Assembly: GCA_032718475.1 (NCBI GenBank)
Contig: JAUCBJ010000054.1
Coordinates: 26,072-90,071, forward strand
Source: Nemertoderma westbladi
Taxonomy: Eukaryota; Animalia; Xenacoelomorpha
Reading direction: 5' to 3'
DNA length: 64,000 bases
The first letter of the stretch is position 1. Each line of letters begins with the position of its first letter. The notes below the pieces were generated by a model. The model was not told the origin of the DNA. It saw only the letters and a program-made list of their open reading frames with translations, and searched no databases. The position numbers were made by a program, and so were the translations under genes. This document shows positions 24,701 through 36,549 of the stretch, piece after piece.

Positions 24701-25697
24701 ATTCGTCGGGACTTTTTGAAATTGTCTTGTAGATATTCTAACCGCGCTTTACTAGCCTTGTTCTTCTTTTCCTGAAGTAGCAGTTTTTCACTTTTATGAT
24801 AAGTTTTCCACAGTTCAGTTAGATCAGCGTCCCAGAACAGTTTATTTGTTTTAAGACGTTTCCGCGTAGATTTCTGCAATGATGAGGGTTGCAAGTAACA
24901 CTTCATTTCTTCGTAAATAGCATCACAGATATCATTGTACACTGTGTCAATATGTAGTTGATGTTCCCTAAACTCTAAAATACGTTGGCAATACCATGTT
25001 TCAGAATGCATGAACCCAGGGGGAATATCGTTTACTCGCCATTTCTTACTTTCTCCATGGTTAGTAGTTTGACTATCAGTTTGTTTATCGTCGACAAGGT
25101 TACTCTGCACTAAATTGTCAGTATTAAATGTTAACTTTACCAAAGAGTGATCAGGTAATTTGCTATTTCCAAACAGAAGATGCGCTAAATTATGTTTAGT
25201 CACTAGGTCGGAGCCGGATTTAACCTCCAGCTTATCACACTGTTTGAGCGAGTGATGAGTTAGTAGAAAGTAGTCAACTACTGAGCTTCCATTGGTATGA
25301 ATTGATGTAAAATTATCGTATTGAGGAGTAATTCTTCCATTAGCGATGCACATACAGCTCTCTTTGCAATAATCTATAAGACTGCGTCCGTGCGAGTTAA
25401 TCTCTGGATCAATGGGAAGGCGGTGAGGTATGTTATCATCATCAAGACCCAGAATGACATCTGCCAAATTACCAACTCTACCGTTAACGTCCCCCGCAGC
25501 TAAAATGTTAATATAACGAACTCATAACATTTTAATACAAACCTGTTTTTTTCTAAAAGGATGTTCCAGAAAAAAAATATTTGTTCTGGAACACTATTTT
25601 GTATAAACAAATAGCTAACATGTTTTAGAACAGTACAAAAAAAGAAATTTTAAAAAACTAATAAGTACAAAAATTTTACACATACTGCACCAGTACC
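21775..25697. mobile_element. Inner GG-ended MITE interrupted by a LINE
   Basis: 17-bp perfect TIR GGTACTGGTGCAGTATG / CATACTGCACCAGTACC; TSD degenerate. Confidence 0.7.
22202..25505 (-). mobile_element. 5'-truncated RTEX-like LINE (APE end, RT, CCHC), frameshifted
   Basis: ORFs 24208-25467, 23846-24121, 23471-23791 (GVRQGDNLSP, YADD), 22411-23436 (KLRTY, RICTVC..EDEVHFLSDC); (ATTCA)-type tail at ~22200; candidate TSD TGTTAAT. Confidence 0.85.
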
Positions 25698-26106
25698 AAT
25701 TAGCTACTAGCTATATGTTCTAGAACATTATATTTCTATATTTCTATTTTATTTATGTTCTAGAATAGTTAAATAACATTTATATGGTGTTCTTAGTACT
25801 CTCGGATGGTTGCCATGGTAACAATGATTTATGTTTAAAAAGTGTGTTAGCATACGGAACCGTTAACAATATTTGATTAATTTTGATTTTGTGTTAGCTA
25901 GTACTTTTTATTAGCTAATAAAAAATTAAATTTAAAATAATAATTTAATCCTCAATTAAATTAGTCTGGTATAATTTATGAGTCGTGGTAGCTAGTAATA
26001 ATTTACTAGATTGTATTTTTATACAAAATATTAGTGACAGTCTAATAATATAGTTTTTACTATTCAGAAAGGTAAATTATTATTATTTTAATAATTTGTT
26101 TAAATA

Positions 26107-26738
26107 CAGGTTGTGGGGCGAGACACGTAGTCGGCGAGCCTTTGCATACGGTTCATATAGGGCAAATGGGGCATGTCCGTCTGTCTGTCTGTCCGTCCGT
26201 CCGTCTGTCTGGTAAATGTTTGAACGCGAATTTCTCGGCATCGCTCCTTTGGAATTGAACCAAACTTAGTAGGTAAGTAGTAGAGAGAAAGTTTAGAAAG
26301 TTTGTAAAGTTTGGTGAAAAATCATGCAGTCTGACGTCAGCTACGACAGATTATGTGGTTTTTAGAAAATGTTAAATTTCTCGGGAAGGCCTCATTTTCC
26401 TGAGCTGAAATTTTGGTGGCCTGTAGAGAATCATGAAGTCTATCTTTTACGAAATTGAAAAGTTAAGACATTTAATTGGGGATCCGCTAGAGACTCAGAA
26501 GTAATGACATAGGCCATCGGTACGGTACTGCTGTACAGTGCTGCACTGGTAAGTACGAAATTGCAGAATAACAATTTGACACCACCTAGCGGATTAACAT
26601 ATGATTGTATATCGAATGAATACATTTATAGCATGGGATATGGGGTCCAAACTAGACATGCCACATTTGCTCTATATGAACCGTATGCCAAGGCTTGCCG
26701 ACTACGTGCTGCGCGAAGTCCCCACGAACGTGTATAAC
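26107..26738 (+). mobile_element. Helentron-associated (HINE/DINE-1-like) non-autonomous element
   Basis: ~65-bp subterminal inverted repeats (26112-26178 vs 26655-26725), internal (GTCY)n microsatellite, ends shared with 29370-31027. Confidence 0.6.
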
Positions 26739-26881
26739 GATACCTGTACAATTTAGTTTTTTCCTTGCCTTCGAAAAAATGTTCTAGAACAAAAAAAGTG
26801 TGTTCTAGAACCTTAATTGATAGTAAACTGATTGGTAACATTTAAAAAAAAGTAGCATAAACTAGCTAGTTTAAAAAATAT

Positions 26882-27547
26882 GGCACTACTACAGTATGTG
26901 TACCCATGATCGGGATTTATTTCTAGGAGTTAGATTTTGCTACTTTTATTTTTTGTAATGTTCTATGTCATTTTAGCTATAGTTTTGCAAAAAAATGTTC
27001 TAGAACAATTCTTTTTTGTTCTAGAACATTTATTTAAAAATTTATAATTCCTAATAATTACCTTAAAATGTTAATCTGTTGCCTTTAAATACTTCAAAAT
27101 ATTATTCTAGAATGTTTTTAAATGTTTACAGTAGTAGTTTCACTTTAACTGTTTTCATTAAATAAAATGCCACGTCACGAAAACAAAAAGGGAAGTGCTC
27201 TAAAGATCCAAATATTATTGAGATTTCCAAGGAATAGTATAAAAGAAAAGTATATAATTTTGAAAAAAAAAAATTCTAATAATAGCTAATTTGGAAAATC
27301 ACTAGCTAGTCTGATAATATGTATTTTTTAATGTTTATAGATAAACAAACAAATTATTACACATAATAATAAATTTTGAATAAATTTTTTTTATATAAAA
27401 AATGTTCTAGAACAAAAAATATTTGTTCTAGAACATTATTTTTTACCTGCCAATAGCTAACATGAAATAGAATAGTTCTAAAAAAAAGTTGCTAAAACTA
27501 GCTATTAAAAAAAATATGGTCATGGGTACACATACTGTAGTAGTGCC
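26882..27547. mobile_element. Foldback MITE (GG-ended family)
   Basis: 28-bp perfect TIR GGCACTACTACAGTATGTGTACCCATGA; perfect 9-bp TSD AAAAAATAT. Confidence 0.9.
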
Positions 27548-28277
27548 AAAAAATATAGGCTTTTAAATAAAGGTACAAAAAATTGCGTACTTGAACATGA
27601 ATATTTTTCATAATTGGAGATAACATGTTCTAGAACATTTGCTGTCATGTAATATTATTAGTCCTAACTGTAAGTTGCTAAACTGGTATTCATAGAATTT
27701 AGTCTTACTTAAAAGTTAGTATTAGCTGTAACTTAAATTTCTAGCCACATGAAGATGTGACTAAGTTGGTAGGAACGCTTACTTATTCTATATAGACCTT
27801 CATACATACATTATGGTTATTATGTTACTGACGACTCCGGCCATATTATACTCTCTCCTGTTTTTCTAGTATACTGCGTTCATTGCAAATGTGTTGTTGC
27901 AAAGAAACTGTCAAATGTAACGATATAAAGCTTTTTGTTTTTATACATATATCCGACTTGATTTTCCAAATTTCAACTTACATTCTTGAATGGTGAGATG
28001 CTCCCAAACGGTGCGCGTCCGTTGAAAAATGTGTCTAAATAATTCTACCATTCGCGAACTTTCGCAAGATGAAAAGGCGGTAGCGTTCCCACTTCATTCT
28101 TTTCCTCTCTATTATCGAATGTAAATAATGGTATTCGATAATGGTAGCCAATTGATTTATCGCCTTACTAAAAATATTAATTTTTTACTAAAATTTTAAC
28201 AGGAAAATCACTAAAATATTCAGTTCCCACTAAAATCTATTAATTAACATTAAATCTATTAATTATAAAATCTGGGA

Positions 28278-29116
28278 AAGGGCAGGTTACATAGGGCAGG
28301 TTACATAGGGCAGGTTACATAGGGCAGGTTACATAGGGCAGGTTACATAGGGCAGGTTACATAGGGCAGGTTACGTAGGGCAGGTTACATAGGGCAGGTT
28401 ACATAGGGCAGGTTACATAGGGCAGGTACATAGGGCAGGTTACATAGGGCAGGTTACATAGGGCAGGTTACATAGGGCAGGTTACATAGGGCAGGTTACA
28501 TAGGGCAGGTTACATAGGGCAGGTTACATAGGGCAGGTTACATAGGGCAGGTTACATAGGGCAGGTTACATAGGGCAGGTTACATAGGGCAGGTTACATA
28601 GGGCAGGTTACATAGTGCAGGTTACATAGGGCAGGTTACATAGGGCAGGTTACATAGGGCAGGTTACATAGGGCAGGTTACATAGGGCAGGTTACATAGG
28701 GCAGGTTACATAGGGCAGGTTACATAGGGCAGGTTACATAGGGCAGGTTACATAGGGCAGGTTACATAGGGCAGGTTACATAGGGCAGGTTACATAGGGC
28801 AGGTTACATAGGGCAGGTTACATAGGGCAGGTTACATAGGGCAGGTTACATAGGGCAGGTTACATAGGGCAGGTTACGTAGGGCAGGTTACATAGGGCAG
28901 GTTACATAGGGCAGGTTACATAGGGCAGGTTACATAGGGCAGGTTACATAGGGCAGGTTACATAGGGCAGGTTACATAGGGCAGGTTACATAGGGCAGGT
29001 TACATAGGGCAGGTACATAGGGCAGGTTACATAGGGCAGGTTACATAGGGCAGGTTACATAGGGCAGGTTACATAGGGCAGGTTACATAGGGCAGGTTAC
29101 ATAGGGCAGGTTACAT
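28278..29116. repeat. 14-bp minisatellite (AGGGCAGGTTACAT), ~60 copies
   Basis: Direct periodicity, very homogeneous. Confidence 0.95.
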
Positions 29117-29369
29117 ATACATTTGATAACGAAAAAAATTTACCGGAAAACAGGATTTGTTTTAATGACCAATAAAACTAATGGGTTTAATATTGTAGGC
29201 TATCAATACAAGTAAAACAGTGAACATAGAGACATGCAGGGCATAGCTACCGTCATTGAAACTGAAAGCTTTTTGATAATAATAATAGTAATAATAAACA
29301 TGAACTTATATAGCTCTTTACCTAAATGTCAGTTCAAAGTGTAGTAGGAACCATATAACATTATACTGT

Positions 29370-31027
29370 GGGGCGAGCCACGAAGTGAGTGAGCCTTAGC
29401 GTAGTGGTACCATTAATCAACCTGTGGGGCGAGCCACGAAGTGAGTGAGCCTTAGCGTAGTGGTACCATTAATCAACCTGTCGTTCTGTCGTTCTGTCGT
29501 TCTGTCGTTCTGTCGTTCTGTCGTTCTGTCGTTCTGTCGTGTTCAATTTTAAACGTTAATAACTCGGCCAATCTTTGATGAAATCTATCCAAACTTGGTA
29601 CACATGTTGTTTGGCAAAAGTTTAGAAATTTTCCAAGTAGAATTTCAGTGTGGCCTTCGAGAAGCTAAGATAATAGCAGTTAATTAGTTAATTAAGTTAT
29701 TACGGTAAAAACACCATTTTCAACCTGCCTTTTAAAGGAAATTAATTGTTTTACAGTATAAGATTTAAATAATTGTAATTAAAAATTATACAGATGTAAT
29801 CCCCATACGCCATTCTATTATAGTTTTTAATTAGTTCAAGTGATTTGCTTTAATAATTGTGTCTTTAATTGATCTAAAGTAATTAAAACGGCAAAAAAAT
29901 TTATTCTCATTAAATACTGCTCATTTATTGGCCAACATGCTGGTACATAGATGGGATGTGTGTGTCATTCCCAGTTGCTGGGAATGATTATTGGTCAAGT
30001 CTCTGCTGCTGGCTGGGAGTTGTTGCTAAGACTAACCAGAGAGGAATAGTAATAGACAACCTAGTATTGCTATTCCAGCCCAGACAGCATTCTTTAAATT
30101 CACTATAAATGTTGTATTGCTATCTCAGGTGAATGACAGATATCATAACATAAATACTATCCATGGCATGGCTGTTGTGTAGGCTTCTGAAATAGTTTAT
30201 TCCACAATGTATATGTCTGGTTATTTTTTAATTGAATTTTTGCAAAGTAGTAAAATTAATGTTCTTAAAAATAATATTATTATTTTATATGTAACCTAGG
30301 AAATTAGCTACATTTTTTCGCTGCAGCTTTAAGAGTGTACATTAATTTAATATTATTTCAATACCCATATTACTACATCGGCATAAGATGCGTTGGCGTT
30401 GTATCACACATCTCCACATATCACACATATCCACATAGATGTATCAACAGTTACTCGCACAGTTTCGAAACTTCGCATAGTTATAACTGTATAAAGATCG
30501 TCAGTCTGCGTTTAGGAAAAATATTTTATAACAAAACAGGACAAGCGACGAGCGCAACGAGGCATATAATGAAGACGAGTACTGCGTTGACTAAATTATT
30601 ATATAAACCACCTGGCTTCACATATTGATCGCATCCCTAGTTATTATTATTATAAAGAACGTCCTAGCCTGCGTTTAAGAAATATATTTAAATACAAAAC
30701 AGGACGAACGCAACGAGGCTTATAATGAATACGAGTACTGCGTTTATTATATTCCTATAAACCACCTGGCTTTGCATATTGAACGTGCGATTGGAAATAA
30801 GTTCGTGCTACCCTTCCGTGGGTGGTAGATGTCGCGGTTATGTATTGGTGGTTGGGAAGGGTGGGGGGGGGGGGATTAAAAGGGGTGAACACGTACTGTC
30901 CCCCTTTCTTTGATTGATTGGTGGTGTGGGTAAATTTCTCAAAACCTGATTTTGTGATACAGTCGCTCAATTTTAATTTGTATCTCATAACTGGGCCTCG
31001 TGCTGCGCGAAGGCCCCACGAACGTGT
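29370..31027 (+). mobile_element. HINE-like element inserted in the 5' LTR
   Basis: Absent from the 3' LTR; ends GTGGGGCGAG.. / ..GCTGCGCGAAGGCCCCACGAACGTGT resemble 26107-26738; (CTGTCGTT)n tract. Confidence 0.75.
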
Positions 31028-31752
31028 AATATATCCATGTGCTTATGGTGGAGGGAATTTCAAATGCGATCCTGACTTATATACTTAGATATACTCGTAA
31101 ACCTTTATTAATGTATACGCCAGTCTCTATTACGTTTGAGTTTCACTTATGTTGTGATATCAACATCTACTTGGCGCAGTGTGTAGCAAACATACGGCCT
31201 TGGATTAACAGGGTTTGAAAACCTCAAATCGGGCAGACTGCTGATCGAGAATCGGATCGAATAAGCCGGAGGGTTGACGACGGACTGGAGGATAAAGCAG
31301 ACTACCAGAGGGCCGACGACGGACCGGATATTTCGAAATCGAACCAGACGTTTCGACGACGATTTCGTGATCCCATCCCAATCAGTTCACCGGAGGGTCG
31401 ACAACGGACTGGAGGATAAACCAGACTACCAGAGGGCCGACGACGGACCGGATAGTTCAAACTTGAATCATAAGTTTTGACGACCATCCCGATTAGTAAA
31501 ACCACATGGTCGACGACGGACTGTGGTTCAAAATTTTATAAACGTAGAGAGAATATATTATATAGATACTATACCAAATATATATTGAGATAATCATATC
31601 TTGGAGGTTAGGCAAAAATATTCCCTCAGTCCGTTTTACTTGATTTATCAAATAATTTTTCCATTTTCAAAATTTTTTTTTTTGTGTTTAAATTTTGTTT
31701 TTCTTATTTTATTTTGATTTTCCTTGAGGGAAAGTTACCAAATATCATCAAT

Positions 31753-32847
31753 ATGGCTGAAGCAAATGACATTACTGCACTAGAAGCTGAACTAAAAAGG
31801 GCAAAGAAGCGACGTGATGGGTACCGTCTCAACACCAGCAATGCCATTAAAACAGCCAGGACATTGCTTGACAGGTACATAGCACAAGGGGATGTCGGGT
31901 CACGTGGCAGCACGGCAGGCTTGGAACAAACAATGCTCAGAGTTCGTGAACGACTGGATACCTACATGGATGCACAGCAAAATGTCAATGAGATCCTTAA
32001 TGTTGAGGATACGGATGGCTTGAAAGTGTTGTGTGACCTGGACTTCTTTTCAACGGAAGTCTGTACCGACATTTATACAGTCATGGATACTGAGGCCAGA
32101 TATTCCATTACAGACAGGCATTCCATCACCCCCCTCAGCACACAGCCCAAACAGGACTGGATAAGGTTGGATAATCTACCAAGACCACCAAAATTGGACA
32201 CCAGCTCACAGATCCACTCATTTCACTCATGGTGCAAGTCTTATGATGTATATCGTCGACAGGCAGCATTGGACAAGGCTCCAAGAGAGGATCAGGTAGC
32301 AAATTTCTTTGGTATGTGTACTCCAGCAATGATGACACGACTTGAGACAGCCGTGTCCATCAGGGCTGACACAAAGATGACCTATGAGGAGATTACAAGG
32401 GCTATCCAGGATTATTTCCAAAGTCGTCAAAACATTTTGCTTGACTACAAGGCATTGTTTGACCTGCGGCTGGATGAAAGCCAGGACATTGATCTCCATG
32501 TTGACAAATGGGAGGAAGCAGAGGAAATCTGTGGCATCTGGAATGCTGACACAGAAACAATCCGAGCAGTGCTTTTCACCATGTCTTTGAGAGGCAGGCC
32601 CAAATGGCAAAAGAAAATTTGGGGAAGTGACAAAAAATTGCTGTATCCTGACATCGTCAAGCTGTTCAGGTCGCTTAAAGCAGCAGAAGAAACAAGTTCA
32701 TGTGTTGCAGGTGGGGATGTTGCTGCAGTAAAGAGACATACACCTTACAAAAGAAATCAAATTGCAAACATGATGGAAAAGGGTAAAGATAAGGCAGGAT
32801 CTGACCTGCCTAAAGACAGTGCCCTGCTCTCATTGTGGTCTACGTAA
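31753..32847 (+). CDS. gag: Gag of element #1
   Basis: ORF after the PBS and repeated 5' leader; first ATG at 31753. Confidence 0.8.
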   Translation: MAEANDITALEAELKRAKKRRDGYRLNTSNAIKTARTLLDRYIAQGDVGSRGSTAGLEQTMLRVRERLDTYMDAQQNVNEILNVEDTDGLKVLCDLDFFSTEVCTDIYTVMDTEARYSITDRHSITPLSTQPKQDWIRLDNLPRPPKLDTSSQIHSFHSWCKSYDVYRRQAALDKAPREDQVANFFGMCTPAMMTRLETAVSIRADTKMTYEEITRAIQDYFQSRQNILLDYKALFDLRLDESQDIDLHVDKWEEAEEICGIWNADTETIRAVLFTMSLRGRPKWQKKIWGSDKKLLYPDIVKLFRSLKAAEETSSCVAGGDVAAVKRHTPYKRNQIANMMEKGKDKAGSDLPKDSALLSLWST

Positions 32848-35800
32848 AGTACATCTGAAAGAAAAGCCTTGCATGGCACTAAATAAGAAATGCCATAAAT
32901 GTGGAGAGATTGGGCATTTCTCATCTGTCTGCAAGAAGTCGAAAGCAATGGTTAGCGCTATTTGCGCCATTGGAATTGATTCGACATCTTTAGACATCCA
33001 ATTATCAGCAGGGACCGGAGAGGCTACTATCAAAGCATTTCCAGATACCCAGGCTACAGTAACAGTTGCTGGGATTAGTCTTCTGGCAGTGCTCGGACTC
33101 AGTATAGAGGACCTGGATCCATCACCTGTGGCAAAGTTGGTTGGTGTTGATAAGAAGCCGATCAAACAGAGGGGATCACTGATCTCAGTCATTCAAGTTG
33201 CTGAAGAAGCTACTGGGGAGCGTGTTATCTTCTGTGAAAATATTGATGGGCTCTACCTCTCTCTGGAAGTTTGCAAGCAACTACATATCATACCAGAAAC
33301 ATTTCCTTATCCTGTTCCAGTTGTTGCTTCTGTTGGCACAAGAACCCTTGACCCATTAGACCCGACCCCAGAACGGATACCAACTACTGGAGAGATGCCA
33401 AACTGGGCCAATCAATGGTGTACCAATTTGCCAGACATACCAACAGAGTCTCAAATTTCAAAGATCAGAGAGTTCTTATTCAAGAAGTATGAGGATGTTT
33501 TCAATACAACAGAACTCAAGACAATGGCTGGGGCAGGAGTTGGTAAACCAATGAAAATTGTTTTGAAAGAAGATGCAAAACCCTTCATTGTCGGAGCACC
33601 GAGACCAGTACCAATGGCCTATAGAGACAAGGCTGCTAAGGAGTTGAAGCGGATGGTCGATCAAGGTTGGATCTCTCCATTAGCTGATCGCCCTACAGAG
33701 TGGGCACATCCGATGGTTGTGGCACCAAAGCCTAATGGAGATGTGAGAATCTGTGCAGACTTAACAAAGCTGAATTCACAGGTAATACGCACATATCATC
33801 CTGTACAGCCGTCTTTTGAGGCAGTCGCCACCCTAGTAGCTGGTGGTGGCAATGAATGGTACTTCAAACTGGATGCATCAAAGGGCTACTACCAGATGCC
33901 ATTAGCAGATGAATCAAAGACAATGACAACTTTTGCTACATGGCTTGGGTACTATTATTATAACAGAAGTCCAATGGGATTCACATATACAGGTGACTCT
34001 TACTCACTGAGAGGGGATGTAGCACTGAAAGGCATCAGCGATGTAGTGAAGCAAACTGACGACATTGCTGGAGGGGCCAAAACATTCAAGGACTGCATGG
34101 CTAAGTTGATTACAGTCTTGGAGAGATGTAGAAAATATTCAATCACGCTGAACAAGGAGAAGGCTGAAATCTGCATGAAAACAATCAAGTTTGTTGGCTT
34201 CTTAATCAATGGCGAGGGCATCCATGCAGATCCAGAAAAAGTAAAAGCAATCCTTGAATTTCCAGAGCCGACAACTAGGACAGAACTGAAGAGTTTCATG
34301 GGCCTTGCAAATCAGCTCGGCCATTTTTCTGCAGAATTCAAGCCAACAGTGGAGCCTTTGCGTCCACTGCTATCAACCAAGACTGAATTCTTATGGGCAT
34401 CCCCTCAAAAGGCAGCTTTTGAAAAGACTAAGAATGTGTTGACATCCCTGCCTGTATTAAAGCCGTGGAGGAATACAGCAAAAGAAACTGCCTTGTTTAC
34501 GGATGCGAGTAGGCATGGATTAGGATTTTGCCTCATGCAGCGCAATTTAGCTACAGAGCAGTGGTCGCTAATTGAATGCGGATCTCGATTTCTGAGTACA
34601 GCTGAGAGTCGGTATGCTGTTATAGAGCTGGAAGCTCTGGCCATCACTTGGGCAATCAGGAAATGTAAAATGTACCTCTTGGGTCATCCAAACTTTAAAG
34701 TCATCACAGACCATGCACCATTACGAGCACTTTTCAACTCCAAAACAATTGATCAGGTGGAGAATGTTCGTGTAGCCTCATATAGAACTAAGCTGACAGC
34801 ATACAACTTCATTGTAGAGTGGAAGAAGGGAGCACTGAACCTGGCCCCCGATGCACTTTCAAGATATCCAGTATTGAATCCAACAGTGGAAGACCTGGCT
34901 GAGAGTTCTGTTACTCCAGAAGGAGCTTGGGCAACAGTATGTGCAATTGAAACTATAAAGGAAGGGTACATAGATAATGACCTTACGTTACAACGCTTGA
35001 AGGATGCGGCAAAAGCTGATACTGATTACACCAACCTGATTGAGGCTATCAAGCAAGGCAAACCTGGAACAACAGGCCTCTCCCGTTGCTACAAGTGTAA
35101 GTTTGATGAACTTGCTATTGAGGATGGACTGGTGATCATCAATGGGCAGGTGGTGGTGATACCACAGAGGGAACGCAGAAGCGTTCTACAGGCTCTGCAT
35201 CTTGGACACTCTGGATTTAACAGAATGCTTCTCAGGGCAAAATCATCGGTGCATTGGCCTTCCATGCGATTTGACCTTAAGAATTTGTCAGATTCATGTG
35301 AGCCTTGTCAGATTCTCCGACAGTCACTCAACCCAGAACCAATCTTACCAACCCCAGTACCACAAGGGCCTTATTCTTCAGTAACAGCTGATCTGTTTCA
35401 ACATGCAGGGTACTACTACATTGTTTATACTGATCGATTCAGTGGATATACTCATACTGCAAGATGGAGAAACTGCCCAACATCAGCACAGGTGATTCGT
35501 TACCTTACCCTGATCTATAGGGATACTGGTATCCCGAGGGAAATCTCAACCGATGGTGGACCTCAATTTAATGCTGCTGAAGCACAGGCTTTCTACAAGA
35601 AATGTGGGACTTTCTGGCGCTGTTCCTCACCATATTTTCCTCGTAGCAATGGACATGCTGAGGCAGCCGTAAAGCGGGTCAAGCATCTATTCAAGAAGAC
35701 AAATACTTCTGATCCTGGGGGTATAGAATTCGCTTTTGGGTTGTTAGAAATGAATAACACACCCAGCTCGGGAGGTGTAAGTCCAGCAATGCTTGCACTG

Positions 35801-36274
35801 GGCCGTGAGCAAAGGACACTCGTTCCCCGTTTGGAAACCCCAATGGTGACGCCTGCGACACGCACTGCGGGTGCAACCGCTCGAGTTATGAAGACAAAGG
35901 AAGCCACAGAAATGAAAATCAGAAAGGCTAGAAAGCTACAACCAATCGAACAGGGAGAACTTGTCTGGGTTCAGGATCCGAAATCAAGACGCTGGTTCTG
36001 TTCCGGTGTTGTAACTGAGATTCTCAACAACAATGACTATATAATCGAGACCGATAATGGAAAGGAATACCGCCGTAACCGGATATTTATCCGCCCAAAA
36101 AGTGCTCATGCCGCGACACATAGTATAACAGCACAACAACACAAAGAGGACGAGGAGAGTCTGGGTGCAGCTCAGCCTGATCATGTTGGACCTATTCAAA
36201 ATTATACAGTTTATCAACCTAGACGTTCCGGGCGGGAAAAAAAAATTACAGTACCATATCAGTACATAAATTAA
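32819..36274 (+). CDS. pol: Pol of element #1 (Zn knuckle, PR, RT, RNase H, IN), +1 frame relative to gag
   Basis: CHKCGEIGHFSSVC, FPDTQA, LDASKGYYQ, QTDD, TDAS, TDGGPQF, SNGHAE. Confidence 0.95.
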   Translation: MPCSHCGLRKVHLKEKPCMALNKKCHKCGEIGHFSSVCKKSKAMVSAICAIGIDSTSLDIQLSAGTGEATIKAFPDTQATVTVAGISLLAVLGLSIEDLDPSPVAKLVGVDKKPIKQRGSLISVIQVAEEATGERVIFCENIDGLYLSLEVCKQLHIIPETFPYPVPVVASVGTRTLDPLDPTPERIPTTGEMPNWANQWCTNLPDIPTESQISKIREFLFKKYEDVFNTTELKTMAGAGVGKPMKIVLKEDAKPFIVGAPRPVPMAYRDKAAKELKRMVDQGWISPLADRPTEWAHPMVVAPKPNGDVRICADLTKLNSQVIRTYHPVQPSFEAVATLVAGGGNEWYFKLDASKGYYQMPLADESKTMTTFATWLGYYYYNRSPMGFTYTGDSYSLRGDVALKGISDVVKQTDDIAGGAKTFKDCMAKLITVLERCRKYSITLNKEKAEICMKTIKFVGFLINGEGIHADPEKVKAILEFPEPTTRTELKSFMGLANQLGHFSAEFKPTVEPLRPLLSTKTEFLWASPQKAAFEKTKNVLTSLPVLKPWRNTAKETALFTDASRHGLGFCLMQRNLATEQWSLIECGSRFLSTAESRYAVIELEALAITWAIRKCKMYLLGHPNFKVITDHAPLRALFNSKTIDQVENVRVASYRTKLTAYNFIVEWKKGALNLAPDALSRYPVLNPTVEDLAESSVTPEGAWATVCAIETIKEGYIDNDLTLQRLKDAAKADTDYTNLIEAIKQGKPGTTGLSRCYKCKFDELAIEDGLVIINGQVVVIPQRERRSVLQALHLGHSGFNRMLLRAKSSVHWPSMRFDLKNLSDSCEPCQILRQSLNPEPILPTPVPQGPYSSVTADLFQHAGYYYIVYTDRFSGYTHTARWRNCPTSAQVIRYLTLIYRDTGIPREISTDGGPQFNAAEAQAFYKKCGTFWRCSSPYFPRSNGHAEAAVKRVKHLFKKTNTSDPGGIEFAFGLLEMNNTPSSGGVSPAMLALGREQRTLVPRLETPMVTPATRTAGATARVMKTKEATEMKIRKARKLQPIEQGELVWVQDPKSRRWFCSGVVTEILNNNDYIIETDNGKEYRRNRIFIRPKSAHAATHSITAQQHKEDEESLGAAQPDHVGPIQNYTVYQPRRSGREKKITVPYQYIN

Positions 36275-36549
36275 GCAGAACATCGTTCTGCTCAAAGAAA
36301 GAAAGAGAGATGTAGTAGGAACCATATAACATTATACTGTAATATATCCATGTGCTTATGGTGGAGGGAATTTCAAATGCGATCCTGACTTATATACTTA
36401 GATATACTCGTAAACCTTTATTAATGTATACGCCAGTCTCTATTACGTTTGAGTTTCACTTATGTTGTGATATCAACATCTACTCAAAGGCGCTTTAAAA
36501 CAAATCGTACTTAGGGTATGCACATGAAAATAAATGAATTTTTAATCCG

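Larger units (their letters stand above)
21610..25863. mobile_element. Outer foldback element, arms ~21610-21757 and ~25706-25863
   Basis: ACGGTTCCGTATGC / GCATACGGAACCGT and AGAACACCATATAAATGTTATT / AATAACATTTATATGGTGTTCT inverted pairs. Confidence 0.65.
29340..36484 (+). mobile_element. Full-length Ty3/Gypsy (Mag-like) LTR retrotransposon #1
   Basis: 174-bp LTRs (5' 29340-31171, split by an insertion; 3' 36311-36484) identical by eye; TSD CAAAG; PBS TGGCGCAGTG at 31172; PPT 36294-36310. Confidence 0.95.

Noticed and set aside
28278-29116. Interstitial telomeric repeat
   Set aside because: The unit contains TAGGG but not TTAGGG or another telomere unit I recognise
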